In this document: in pieces, positions 32,077-43,552 of the stretch
How the letters are laid out: each line of letters begins with the position of its first letter
How positions within the stretch are numbered: position 1 is the first letter of the stretch
The notes under the pieces: generated by a model
What the model was told of the DNA's origin: nothing
What the model saw: only the letters and a program-made list of their open reading frames with translations
Databases searched by the model: none
Program-made: the position numbers and the translations under genes
Source: Naegleria gruberi
Lineage: Eukaryota
Reading direction: 5' to 3' (one strand)
Length of the DNA stretch: 64,000 nucleotides
NCBI GenBank assembly: GCA_000004985.1
Contig: GG738867.1

Positions 32077-32933
32077 TTAAATAATATCTTGAACATTCTT
32101 CAAATCGGTTTCCTTTGAATTGGATGCTGAAATTGATGAGAATAATCCACCTCCACCACTATTTCTTCTCTTCTTCTTTTCATCTTCGAATGGATTGGTT
32201 TTTGGTTGTTGTCCTCTTTCGAAATCTCTCATCTCCCTCACAATACTCTCAAAACATTCCTTGAGATTTTCAGTAGTTTTGGCACTAGCAAAGAATAATG
32301 GTGTATTCTCTGGTAGTAACAAGTGTGTTTTCATGAATTCTTTGGTTTCCTTCTCGGTAATTCCTTTTAATTTTGGATTTTCCTTCAGCATATCAACCTT
32401 ATTTCCGATTATAATTATTGGACATTCCTTTCCATCGACTGGTTTGTTGACATCCATCTTGATTCTGGAAATTCTCTCGGTATACTTTTGTAATTCTTCC
32501 AAGGATTGATGAGAAGTACAATCAAAGACCAGGACGAAACCGAATGCTGTTCTCATATAAACATCCTGGAGAGCAGAGAATTCATCTGATGTATTATAGA
32601 ATTAATAATTATTATATAATTAATAATATTTTGATGATGATGAAAATAGGATAATTTAGAAATTAATTTTCAGAAACACAAACCTTGTCCAGCAGTATCT
32701 ACAATTGTCAAATAGGTTGTTTTGTTATCAACTTTTCTAGCAATATCAAAGGTATTCTCAATAGTTGGATCATAGCTATTTGAAATATTCCATAATGATT
32801 TATTATGTGATAATACTTACATTTCAATGAATGTATCTTGAGTCCATCTAATGGTGATTGACGATTTACCAACACCTCCACCTCCACATACAGCAAATGT
32901 AAAGCATTCTTCTCCTTTATCGTTCTTTGGCAT
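32077..32933 (-). CDS. Ras-family small GTPase (Ras/Rap-like, no CAAX box); complement(join(32077..32585,32684..32775,32821..32933)), about 237 aa.
   Basis: Exon 1 encodes MPKNDKGEECFTFAVCGGGGVGKSSITIRWTQDTFIE (the P-loop). Exon 2 encodes YDPTIENTIDIARKVDNKTTYLTIVDTAGQ (switch I and II). Exon 3 encodes DEFSALQDVYMRTAFGFVLVFD...IIGNKVD...FFASAK. The introns are GTAAGT..CAAATAG (45 nt) and GTTTGT..ACATCAG (98 nt). Confidence 0.8.
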
Positions 32934-33219
32934 GATGATTTTTTTTGATTAGTGATGAATAGCTGTTGACATCTCTTGCATTGCAAGTTGAAACAAAGAA
33001 CAAGAGAAGAACCTTGTTCATGATGAACATGAGAACTAATTTCAACCAACTCATCTATGTTCTGAACAAATTAAATATTATTTAATATATTATTAATAAT
33101 TAAATAGCTATGTTATATATATTAAATTAAAACATAAGCCACTTTCCTTTCCTCATCAAAATACCGAATAGGGTTGGGAATTCTAACAACGGCCCATTCT
33201 AAATAATTTGCAAAACAAA

Positions 33220-36200
33220 ATGGAAGACATGTACCTGTGGGATGAAGATTTGATGGAGGCTCTTCATCAATCCAATATCGATCATTTTGCCACTAATAAA
33301 TCATCAAGCAACTCCTCCAAGCACAACAAGAACAGCACAGATTGTATTGAATTCTCCAAATTAGAGTTTGGTAATTTCGATGATCGAGAAATGACCACCT
33401 TCCGAAGGGTAACCACTCGACACTCCTTTCATGATGTTCATTCGACAAGTTTCAAGGTATATTGGAAGGAAGGTGGTGATTTTTCAGTCTTCTTTCTGAT
33501 TAAACCTCATCATCAGTTTTGGATTGAAATCAATAGAAACATTATACGGAAGGTAATCATTGTTGATAATGAAAGTATTGCCATTGTACTGGATCAGGCT
33601 CCAAGTGTTCACAGAAAACGTGATGGTGATGATAACAAGACAAGAATGGCTGCTCCAACTGATAAAACTACTCAGGCACATAGTTTCTGGTTGCACAATT
33701 TCAATGTGACAAAATCTCTGCTCCTCTCTGGTATTCGATATGAGCATGTGGAAATTCTCAAAAGTAAGACTTCAAAGACACACTATTTATATGGAACAAA
33801 ATCATGTACAGCTCTAACAATGAAGGATGTGAATGGTATGGATTGGAAGGGCCAATTGAATATTGAGCTTGGTATTCCATTTCATACCATGTATTTATTA
33901 TTGTGCTTGAATTGTAAAGTTCCTGGCTTACTTGCTAGTTATGAAAGATTATCAGAGATTAAGCAACTCTTTAATGAATTGAAAGATAGTAACAACAACT
34001 CATATGACTTGGTGAATGTTGCTCTGGAAAAGTGTTTACAACACGAAGGGTTCTTTCCTTCAGAGTTTACTACTCTCTTCAAAAAACATTCTCACAAACG
34101 CCAACACAAAAGCTTTGTAAAGGTTGATGACAATATGTTTGAAATCAGAAAGGTAATGATCACACCAACAGGAATCAAGTATTTCCCAAAAATCCTCGAA
34201 TCTGGAAATCGAGTCTTGAGAAAATACAAGCAATACGAAGATAGATTTCTCAGAGTGACATTTTGTGATGAGGGTCTTAATAGAGTTAGCGCTGAAAAGG
34301 TCACAAACATGCACCCTCGATTGGAGGAATTCCTTAATAATGGTTTTACTATTGGAAATAGACATTATGAGATGTTGGCCTATTCGAATAGCCAACTCAG
34401 AAGTCATAGCTGTTGGTTTTTGAATACGGAAGGAATTCGTGAACTGTCAGTGAGTTCTATCATTGAAGGTCTTGGTGACTTTTCTGATATTAAAGTAATG
34501 GCCAAATATGCTGCAAGAATTGGTCAATGCTTTTCCAATACTTTCAATGGTATCAAATCAGAATTTATAGAAGTAAATGATATTGTCTATCGAGAAATTG
34601 AAAGAAATGGGGACATTAAGGAAAACGTTCTCAATGACGGATGTGGCCGAATGTCTGTAAGTTTTGCAGAACAGGTTAGCAAGCAAATGAAAATTAGAAT
34701 TCATGGCAAAGCCTACATTCCATCAGCTTTACAATTCAGATTGGGTGGCTATAAAGGGGTAGTAGTACAAGATAAGGATGTTGCTGATATATTTGGAAAG
34801 GATCTGGTTCTCACTAAGAGTCAAAACAAGTTCAAGGACGAAAAGAGTGATGAATTTGAGATGGTAGCCTTCTCGAAACGTCCAAAGTTTTCCAGTCTCA
34901 ATAGACAAATTATTATTCTACTTTCCTCCAATGGCTTGCCTGACAGTGCCTTGATGAAATTTGTAGATAGAGAGATAGAGACTTGGAGGTCAAGAACAAC
35001 AAAAAAACTGAGTATTAGAAAGTTACTGAGAAAGGTGTGGGAAAATGTGGTTGGTTCGAATATCAAAAAGGTCATTTCATCAGAGTATTTAGATCTCAAA
35101 GCTCAGGTCCTTGCAAGTCAGGTCAAAGGAATGTCACAACAACATGTTGAATACTTTTACAATGTTGATCCATTACTCTGTACTCTATGCGATAAGATTT
35201 TGATTAACCAATTCTCCAGCTTGAAAACAAATCTTCCAGTTGATAAGTGTTCACTATTGATGGGTGTTGTTGATTTTTATGGAGTGCTAGAAGATGACGA
35301 GGTTTTTGTACAACTTTCTTCATTTGAGAGCTATGAAAGAGATTTATATGATCCTGGCTCGTATGCTGAAGGTGGAATAGTGAGTGGAAATGTATTTGTT
35401 ACAAGGAATCCTTGTCTTCACCCAGGAGATGTTAGAAAGTTTAAAGCTGTCAGTGATGACAGAATTAATGTTCTCAAACATTTGAAAGATGTTATTGTAT
35501 TCAGTCAAAAATCAAAACAATCCCAGGCTAGCAAGATGAGTGGAGGCGACTTGGATGGGGACCTTTTCATGGTGTGTTGGGATCCAGAGCTTTTAAATTT
35601 CACAGAACATAAACCAATGAAACACACTCAACTGAAACCTTTGGAAAAGAATGATGGTTTTGATTATAAGGCAATCAGAGATTTTCTTAAGGAGTATGTT
35701 GTGAATGACAATTTGGGAGTAGTTGCTTTTATGCATATGGAACACTATGATCAATCTTCAAAGGGAGCACTCGATCAAAACTGTTTGGATCTTGCTGATT
35801 ATCACTCTCACCAAGTTGATTATGCCAAGACTGGTGTTAGAAAGGCCTTACCAATGGAGCTGGTATCAGAGTATAGACCTCACTATATGCCAAAAAGTTT
35901 CATGAAGAAGACTTATCATTCAACCAAAATTATAGGAAAGAGTAAGTTATTGAGAATTTGATTTTTCTAACCACACAACAGTTCATGATAAGGTTGAGGA
36001 ATTTATGAAATCAAACAAAAAATTGAAAGAGAAGGTTAAAGAATCCGATCCCTTCCATCCACATTTTAAAACTTTGGATCTATTATTTGTAAAATACAAA
36101 CCTCTACAAATGCTTTTCATAGAGCATGACCAATTAAAGGAAGTGAAGAATGCCAATGAGGACTCTTTAATAACCAAAGATATTGCGGATATTTACAATT

Positions 36201-36553
36201 CAATCAAGAAGCTTTATAAGGAATACAAATCAGATTTGAAGAATCTAACCTCAATGTACTATGTTACTGAGCCCGAACTGGTGGTTGGATCTATAGATTT
36301 TAAGAAATTGGAGCATAAATGTGGAAGCAGTTCTTTCAAGTTAAGAGAAGAGATTCAGTCTAATGTGGATAAATTCATCAAGTACTATGCCAAGACAAGT
36401 AAACAAATTATCAAACCAAGTACTCTCTCAAAACAAGAGATTGCCTCCATATTTTATATTGTCGTACGTAATGACAATATAACAAAGAGAAAGTTTAAGG
36501 AAATGTTTGGGTTGACCTTTTATTGGCTCGTTATTGACAAGATATTAAAGTGA
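33220..36553 (+). CDS. Eukaryotic cellular RNA-dependent RNA polymerase (RDR/QDE-1 family, RNAi); join(33220..35941,35982..36553), about 1100 aa.
   Basis: The catalytic signature is SKMSGGDLDGDLFMVCWD (the DLDGD motif), with NPCLHPGDVRKFKAV upstream. A 40-nt intron (GTAAGT..CAACAG, phase 1) joins ...KIIGK|IHDKVEEF... The C-terminal exon carries the conserved RDR tail YKSDLKNLTSMYYVTEPELVVGSI. The true ATG is at 33220; the track's 33208 is TTG. Confidence 0.85.
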
Positions 36554-36604
36554 GATTTATTCGTAAATATTTAGAGAATTCTTCATTAAACAAATTTATT
36601 AACA

Positions 36605-37293
36605 TCAACAAGGTCTATTCTTTTTACCAAGATACTGACTCACATCAAATAATAAGTTTGGCCTCTCATGAAGAGCTTGATTGGCTAGGGAAGTTGGAAT
36701 CATTCCGTTGGGATTTGATTGAACCATCATGGTGCACTTCACATCATTGTCAATTTGATAAAATTTGAACAATGTGAAATAGTTAGTTCCTCTCACTAAT
36801 GACTTGTCATTAGAATTGAATGAATAATAATCATCAATAGAGGTACTCAACCATCCTATGTATTCATTTGAATGGATGGAATGACCAACCAGTATGAAAT
36901 CTCGTTCAGAAACAAAACGAGCTGTTGATGATATTTAAATATTGGAAAGTTCAGAAGAAACTACTTACATGGTGAAGAGAATATAAAATGTCTTATACTC
37001 CAACTATCAATTCTCTCAATTTCCTTGAAATATTTGGCCTTCTTATCATAACTCTTCACTACTTCCCAATCTGGTGTTTCGAATAGCTTTAAAATTTGGT
37101 CAACCTTACAATTTTCCGCAATCGTCTCACCCTTAATCACAATTCCCCTCTCAGAATCGCCTTTGTAATGAGAAATGGCTACTCCATTAACATCTTCTAA
37201 ATATCCTTCAAATTCCTTCTCTGCATACACTTCAGCGTTCTTCAATTCAACGTTCCAATGTTTTTGGATTTCTTCAATTTTTACTTTTTGCAT
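36605..37293 (-). CDS. START/Bet v1-like lipid-transfer domain protein; complement(join(36605..36921,36969..37293)), about 213 aa.
   Basis: Exon 2 carries the START C-terminal signature VRGTNYFTLFKFYQIDNDVKCTMMVQSNPNGMIPTSLANQ. A 47-nt intron (GTAAGT..TCAACAG, phase 1) restores the frame. The TAG stop of the exon-1 ORF lies inside the donor. Confidence 0.6.
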
Positions 37294-37517
37294 TTTGTTT
37301 TTTTTTAATTTGTTTACAGATTTTCTTTAAATATTGTTGGGAGAAGAATTATTATTAGAATGAAGTGGAGGTTAAATAATAGTACGTTGCCATTTTGTTA
37401 CCATTTATACACCAATTATTTATTTTTTTGTAATCTATTTTGTCAATTCCGAACTATTTAATAGTATTTAATATTTAAATAATATTAAATAAAATTGTAT
37501 TTATATTAAAAAAAAAA

Positions 37518-39929
37518 ATGTACAATCCAGTAGCAGAGGAAATTCCATACAACATTGAGGAGGAAGAACCATCCATCCCTCCTCCATCATCAGAAAATAC
37601 ATTTAATTACCAATCCAATCTTAATGATCATCAATCAATTACATCATCTGGTAGTACTTCTCATAGTAATTCCATAGATTTTGAAGCTAGGAGTGATAAA
37701 TCCAATAATGCACCAGAGTTTAGATATGGTCGGAAGGAGATGAATATTCGAGTTAATAATCTGCTCTTAAATCAATCGATTGATTATGAATGTATTCCTC
37801 AGGTGGTTCGGGAATGGATTAATCAAGATCAATTAAGAAGATTTGAATGTAATAATAGTAATAATAATAATAATAGCAAAATTGAGGAAAATGGAAAGGA
37901 TTGGAGTTGTTTGGAGAATTTGCCACAAGATGTCAAATTTGAAATTATTGATTTCATTCCGACCTTTTCGATGAGGAGAGATTTGAATATAAAACTCTCT
38001 GATAGGGAAACTGATGAATATATTGTGGATGAGGAGGCAGTGATTGGATATATTGATGAAATGAATCAAGTACTGCAATGGAAGGAAAGGAGAATGGAAC
38101 AATGCTTGATTGTGAGAGATGTTCCAATAAAGACAATGCACAAGATGAGAGTTATCTCAAAGGAATATGCAAAGAGAATGAAATTCAAGCTAATGACACT
38201 TTCACATTTGGATTTACCTTTTGCACTGTCCAAGATAGGATTGTGTTATTTTGCCTCCTTTTTAAAAGCTCAACAATTGTATTTGGATAAGAAAATTGAT
38301 GAAAATGGAGAAGATTTTTTAATTTACAAGGAGATGCCTTATATTAATAGAGAACTTGATGAGGAAATTGAAGAGATTGACGATGCTTTGAATGAAGTAG
38401 ATAATTTCAGGACGCTCTATGAAGCATCTCCGTTGGAATTAGTAATGTTTGAATATGCAGAACCCGATGAAAATCTACTTCCAAATTCTCTAGTTGAATT
38501 TGTAGGATCTAACATTGTAGTTAAATCAGTCAAGACAACTAGAAAGCCAAATATTATAGAGCTAATATTTGCCACCTGTAAAAGCTTACAGTCCTTTGTT
38601 TCAGATTCCAGAGTGCTTGTTCATCACTCATTACCTAGTTTAGAGCATTGGACTTGTGCATTCTTTTATGGAGGTGATTATCATTTCGAGTCAGAAATAG
38701 AAAAAATCTGTGGGGTGGCTCCAAATATTAAAACAATAGACATGATATTCACTGCTGAAAGACAAAGGAATTTCAAACAGGAATTTTTAGATAATATTGA
38801 TATTGGAGAGGATACTAAACTGATAGTGGATGGTTTTGTCAATAAGATTATCCCACCCTCTTCAGGTAAGACTGAACGAGAGGTCAATATTACTATTACT
38901 CATTTGGAATCTTCAGATGTAAATACCATTATGAAATACATGGAATACTTTAGACCACCTACAAGTGATTGTTACTATCTGAATGACCTTATCTTTTCAC
39001 AAAGATATTTAACCTTGGAAGAGAGAAAAAATCTGGCTGAGAATTTGTTTACACGAGAGGATGAAAGATTTCCAATTGAACGGCTCAGATTTGATCAGCA
39101 TAGTTCATATTCTCAAGAGGATGCAATGGACATGTTTGCCTACATTATTTACCTTTCAAACGAATATCAGAATGGATTTTTATTTAACTTGGTTACTTAT
39201 CTTAATGAACAGGTTGTTGATGATGCCTTGGAGTATGGATGGAAACCTGCCAAATGGGATGAACTCTTACTGTTGAAATCAAATTTCACAGTGAGTCAAG
39301 TTGAAAAATTATTACAATTAATTCGTTGTGAATATCAAAACGATGTGAATTTCTTCAAATATGTCAGACTATTACTTTGCAAGGTTTACTCTGAAAGATA
39401 TTCATTTGCTGCTACGGACAAAAGTTTGGTGAGAGGATTGACCAATTATTTAAGGAAAAACAAATTCAATTCAAGTTTTATGAAAGTACTATTCAAGCCG
39501 TCACAGCTCTGTCTCTCCAAGGACTACTTTCCAATTATCAAGTACGCTACCATTCTAATACCAAATATTATAGCAGTCTCCTCTGATGTTGTTTCCTTTG
39601 TATCATTGTTGGATTTCTATCCTGACGAGTATTGGAATTTACAAAATGAGAATGGAGATAATATTTTACACATTTTCCTGTTATCACGTGAGCCTGGAAG
39701 TGAAAATGAATTGCTAGCATTGGATAAAATCATTAGGAAACATCCAGAGCTATTGAACATGTTGAATCATCAAAATAGATCACCTGTCCATATTGCCTTC
39801 TCTACTGAGGATTCTGGTATTATTAGATTATTTTCCCTTTATGATATTAATCTAGAGGAGAAAGATTGTCTTGGAAAAACGCCTTTGGATTATTTAACCG
39901 ATGACTCTTTAAGGGATTATTTTGAATAA
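37518..39929 (+). CDS. Large hypothetical protein with an F-box-like segment and C-terminal ankyrin repeats; single exon, 803 aa.
   Basis: The F-box-like segment is LENLPQDVKFEIIDFIPTFSMRRDLNIKLSD. The C-terminus NENGDNILHIFLLS...NHQNRSPVHIAF...CLGKTPLDYL is ankyrin-like. Confidence 0.5.
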   Translation: MYNPVAEEIPYNIEEEEPSIPPPSSENTFNYQSNLNDHQSITSSGSTSHSNSIDFEARSDKSNNAPEFRYGRKEMNIRVNNLLLNQSIDYECIPQVVREWINQDQLRRFECNNSNNNNNSKIEENGKDWSCLENLPQDVKFEIIDFIPTFSMRRDLNIKLSDRETDEYIVDEEAVIGYIDEMNQVLQWKERRMEQCLIVRDVPIKTMHKMRVISKEYAKRMKFKLMTLSHLDLPFALSKIGLCYFASFLKAQQLYLDKKIDENGEDFLIYKEMPYINRELDEEIEEIDDALNEVDNFRTLYEASPLELVMFEYAEPDENLLPNSLVEFVGSNIVVKSVKTTRKPNIIELIFATCKSLQSFVSDSRVLVHHSLPSLEHWTCAFFYGGDYHFESEIEKICGVAPNIKTIDMIFTAERQRNFKQEFLDNIDIGEDTKLIVDGFVNKIIPPSSGKTEREVNITITHLESSDVNTIMKYMEYFRPPTSDCYYLNDLIFSQRYLTLEERKNLAENLFTREDERFPIERLRFDQHSSYSQEDAMDMFAYIIYLSNEYQNGFLFNLVTYLNEQVVDDALEYGWKPAKWDELLLLKSNFTVSQVEKLLQLIRCEYQNDVNFFKYVRLLLCKVYSERYSFAATDKSLVRGLTNYLRKNKFNSSFMKVLFKPSQLCLSKDYFPIIKYATILIPNIIAVSSDVVSFVSLLDFYPDEYWNLQNENGDNILHIFLLSREPGSENELLALDKIIRKHPELLNMLNHQNRSPVHIAFSTEDSGIIRLFSLYDINLEEKDCLGKTPLDYLTDDSLRDYFE

Positions 39930-39970
39930 TATTATGATTAAGAAAATAATAATTAGACTGTATTGATAAT

Positions 39971-40909
39971 TTATTTAGCGAGGATTACAACATTAGCTAT
40001 GGAAATTATCTCAATTTCTTCATCATTGTTGCTGATATTGAACTCTCTTCTGGAGACTTGGTCAATTCTGTCCAGTAATTCCTTCTCAGTGGAGGTAACT
40101 TGTGGATTTTCTTTGAGATATTTCTGAACAAGTGTAGCAAACTGATTGCCCATATTGAAAATATTCTGCAATTCAGAATATTTCATTTTCAAGGATTGTG
40201 TCACTTGTCTGATTTCAACATGTTCAAATCCTGCCTCCCTGCAACGTTGCTCAAAAACCTTTGGATCTTGGAGTGCAAATGGAGGTCTATTTTGTTGCAA
40301 CACTTCAAACAAAGCTTGAGATGAGACACGATTTGGAAAATCATCAGTCCAAGAATTCACAAATGCCATTCCTCCCTTCTTCAAAACTCTTTTAATTTCA
40401 GATAATCCTTGCACCATTTTTGGATAAAACATTACTCCCATATTAGAATAGACAATATCAAATGATTCGTCTGGGAATTTCAATTCTTGACCATCCATTA
40501 CTTGAAATTTCAAATTGTCCCAATCAAATTCCACTTGTTTCTCTTCAATTCTTGATTGTTTCTTATACTCTGCTCCTTCAATCATAGATGCAGCAAAGTC
40601 AATCCCATCCAATGCGGAAATCTTGATCTTATCAGGGAGTATCTTCTCATCAACAAATTTGAAAGGTACCAATCCAGTTCCAGTGGCCAAATCAAGAATA
40701 CTAACATTTCTCTCCTCAGTTGTGATGTTAAAGTACAAGTCAATGGATCTTTGAATGAGATCAGATGCAAAGAAATCTAGAAAAATCTTGGACTTTTCCA
40801 TTAATTTGACCTTGTTTTCCCAGTGGTTTTTGTTAAGGTCATGATGTGTAGTGGTTATGGTTGCAGTGTTGGACATTTTTTTATTGTTGTTATGAAATTT
40901 GTTTTGCAT
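39971..40909 (-). CDS. Class I SAM-dependent methyltransferase (Methyltransf_11/25-like); single exon.
   Basis: Motif I is SILDLATGTGLVP, the post-I region is LDGIDFAASMIEGA, and the downstream motifs are FDIVYSNMGVMFYP...LKKGGMAFVNSW. The ATG MQNKFHNNNKKMSNT sits at about 40909; the track ORF extends further upstream from an alternative start. Confidence 0.75.
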   Translation of the reverse strand: MQNKFHNNNKKMSNTATITTTHHDLNKNHWENKVKLMEKSKIFLDFFASDLIQRSIDLYFNITTEERNVSILDLATGTGLVPFKFVDEKILPDKIKISALDGIDFAASMIEGAEYKKQSRIEEKQVEFDWDNLKFQVMDGQELKFPDESFDIVYSNMGVMFYPKMVQGLSEIKRVLKKGGMAFVNSWTDDFPNRVSSQALFEVLQQNRPPFALQDPKVFEQRCREAGFEHVEIRQVTQSLKMKYSELQNIFNMGNQFATLVQKYLKENPQVTSTEKELLDRIDQVSRREFNISNNDEEIEIISIANVVILAK

Positions 40910-41245
40910 TTCTAATGAGGGGTATTTATGCGCTTTGAAATGGATACCATGGAGTGCGTAAAGGTTTATTTTGCAAATGACCTTTATTGGAGATATTTGA
41001 AGCACTGCTGGTTCAACAAAAAGATGAATCACACATCTTTCATCAATGTTTTAGATTATTGGGTGTATTAGGATATTTGAGAGTTTTTTATTAAAATAAT
41101 AACCAAATGAGTTTTTGATTTAAAAAATGTTAAGGTTAATTAAGCAAACACATCTAAGAGAAAAATCTGAAGTAGTACATGAATACAAAAGAAATGGGTT
41201 GGAGGCAACCTCAAATTCGAATTTTTTGTGTATATTTAAATTTAA

Positions 41246-42438
41246 TCAAGGTGTTTCTTCACTAACTTTTAACAAAATCTTTCCAGTTGCTTTACGTCCT
41301 TCAATTTCATTATGAGCTTCCTTAATTTCTTCCAAATTGAAAACCTTGTGAATGTTAATATCAATGAGCCCTTGTGAAACCCAGGAAAATAATTTGTGAC
41401 TCTTCTCTTGTAATTCATCAAAGGTGGTTACAAAGTCACCCATTTTAGGTCTTGTAAAATTAATTGAACCTCTTCTTGATAAATCCAAAGGATTAATTAA
41501 ACCAACAGGTCCTGATGCATTACCAAAAGAAATGAATAAACCTCTCACCCCTAAAGAATTGAGTGAAGATTGATAGGTATCCTTTCCAACACCATCAAAG
41601 ACAATATCCACTCCCTTCCCATTGGTAATTTCCTTGACTCTCTCCACAACATCTTCTGTAGAATATTGAATAACATGAGTACAACCCAATTTGAGAGCCA
41701 AATCAACCTTTTCTGGAGATCCAACTGTTCCAATAATTGTGCTACATTTCTTAATCTTGGACATGATTTGAACAAGCAATCTTGATGTACCTCCAGCTGC
41801 AGAGTGAATCAAAACAACGTCTGATCTAATGCTTGGAATGTCAAAAGCCAAATAATAAGCTGTCAATCCATTAATCATACAAGCAACAGAATCCTTCAAA
41901 CTAATTTCACTTGGCAACTTGGCAACACTATTATAATCTACAGCAGCATATTCAGCATATGATCCAGAAGAACTAGAAAAGGCAACACGATCTCCAACTT
42001 TTAGTCCACATTCCTTTGGCACTTGATCACCAATCTTTTCAATTATACCACTTCCTACACAAAATCCAATTTTCAAGTGTTGTGTACATTAAATTAAAAC
42101 GTTAAAATTATTAAATTAACCATCGAACAAATAATTTTCAAATTTTCCAATCATCACAATTTTGATCAAAATAAATCAAAATATTAAATTAATCAAATAT
42201 TGATCAAAAATTATCTTCCTAAATATTTAAATATTAGAAACTAACCATCTTGTCCAAGAACCTTTGGAAGGGATGGAACAGGATACAATCCCGATCTAAA
42301 ATAGGTATCAATGAAATTTACGCTCGAGTAGGCAATTTTGATCAGGACTTGATGGTGGGAAATTTCTGGGATTGGCACATTGGTATCTACTTGTAAAACG
42401 TTCACGTCGCCGGTTTCGTGTATTCTGACTGCTTTCAT
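41246..42438 (-). CDS. Zeta-crystallin-type NADPH:quinone oxidoreductase (MDR superfamily); complement(join(41246..42054,42246..42438)), about 333 aa.
   Basis: Exon 1 is MKAVRIHETGDVNVLQV...GLYPVPSLPKVLGQD|G. A 191-nt intron (GTTAGT..TGTGTAG) joins to SGIIEKIGDQVPKECGLKVGDRVAF. The Rossmann motif is VLIHSAAGGTSRLLVQI. Confidence 0.8.
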
Positions 42439-43552
42439 TTTTTTTTAAATTGTGTGTTTTTACTATTATTTAATAATTGCTATTTTTGTAAAGTTGTAAT
42501 ATATTAATTAGTCCGATGAAGCGGCTGGATTATTTGATGGAAGGATTTGAGATTTGAAATTTTGATGAGGGAAAACATGTTGCGAATGCACAAACAATCG
42601 ATTTTATATGAAATTTCTGTAAAGTGAATTAATGAAATATTCCATTTAAGGAAAATACTTTAATCACCAAATGTTGAACAAACGCACGTTTATTACACCA
42701 GTTTAATATTATTACACCAGGTTCTTCTCCAATATGATATCCACTCTGGGAATTTGGATCCTAATGCTTGGTTGGCAAAATATAGATTTGCAGATATTGC
42801 AGTTAATGAATTTAAGAAACTTAATGTGAACGTGTATTTTGCTTACATCACCACAACAAGAGTTAGCGCAGAAAATATAGCAGCTTTGGAGAAACACAAG
42901 CACTACGACAAGGTAATTCTTTTCAGTCATAATACAGAATCTGAGTATTTCCCACCCAATTTATTACCTTATTATAAGGGATTTTTATTTACATTTTAAA
43001 CAGAAAACCCCACCATTACTACCATCCTTGTCCACTGATAAGTATAGTCAAGAACAAGAACACCTCCAATCTGAATACTCCCAAATCTCTCCCTTTTAGA
43101 ACATATTTCTCGACTGTAATTGCACATTTATCCTATATTGATATCTGAAGATTTTTGGATTTCCAGAATTATCGAACCATATTATCAATTCTATTGAGGG
43201 ATATATAACAGTGGAGAGTTTTGTCTTGATGGCAAACTGGTATTCTAAGGAGGAAAATCAGCACGATGAGTTTGTAATTATAAACAATATTATCTTTGAA
43301 TGTTTCACAAACTGAAACACACAACCTCAAGCTTGGTTGTGGAGAGGTTTAAGGGCGGCCGTTATTTAAAAACAAGTTGCGATGAACTCAGTTCTGTTTC
43401 GGGTTAGAATCATGATCTTGTATGTCCTTATTAAGTCAATTTTGAAATAAACATTAATTGTAAACCAAAGAGTCCAAAACAGGTGCATTCACTAGAACCT
43501 TCTTTTACCAGGGCCTTAATAAAAATCAAAAAAAAAACAAACAAACAACAAA

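Noticed and set aside
37833-38290. Small ORFs on both strands inside the 37518..39929 gene.
   Set aside because: They lie within or antisense to a continuous 803-aa ORF and have no independent support.
42712-42999. Overlapping small ORFs (42712..42930 on the minus strand and 42754..42999 on the plus strand) in the spacer upstream of the transglutaminase-like gene.
   Set aside because: The plus-strand ORF starts with TTG rather than ATG. Neither ORF has a recognisable domain or a plausible splice context. They are most likely chance ORFs in intergenic sequence.
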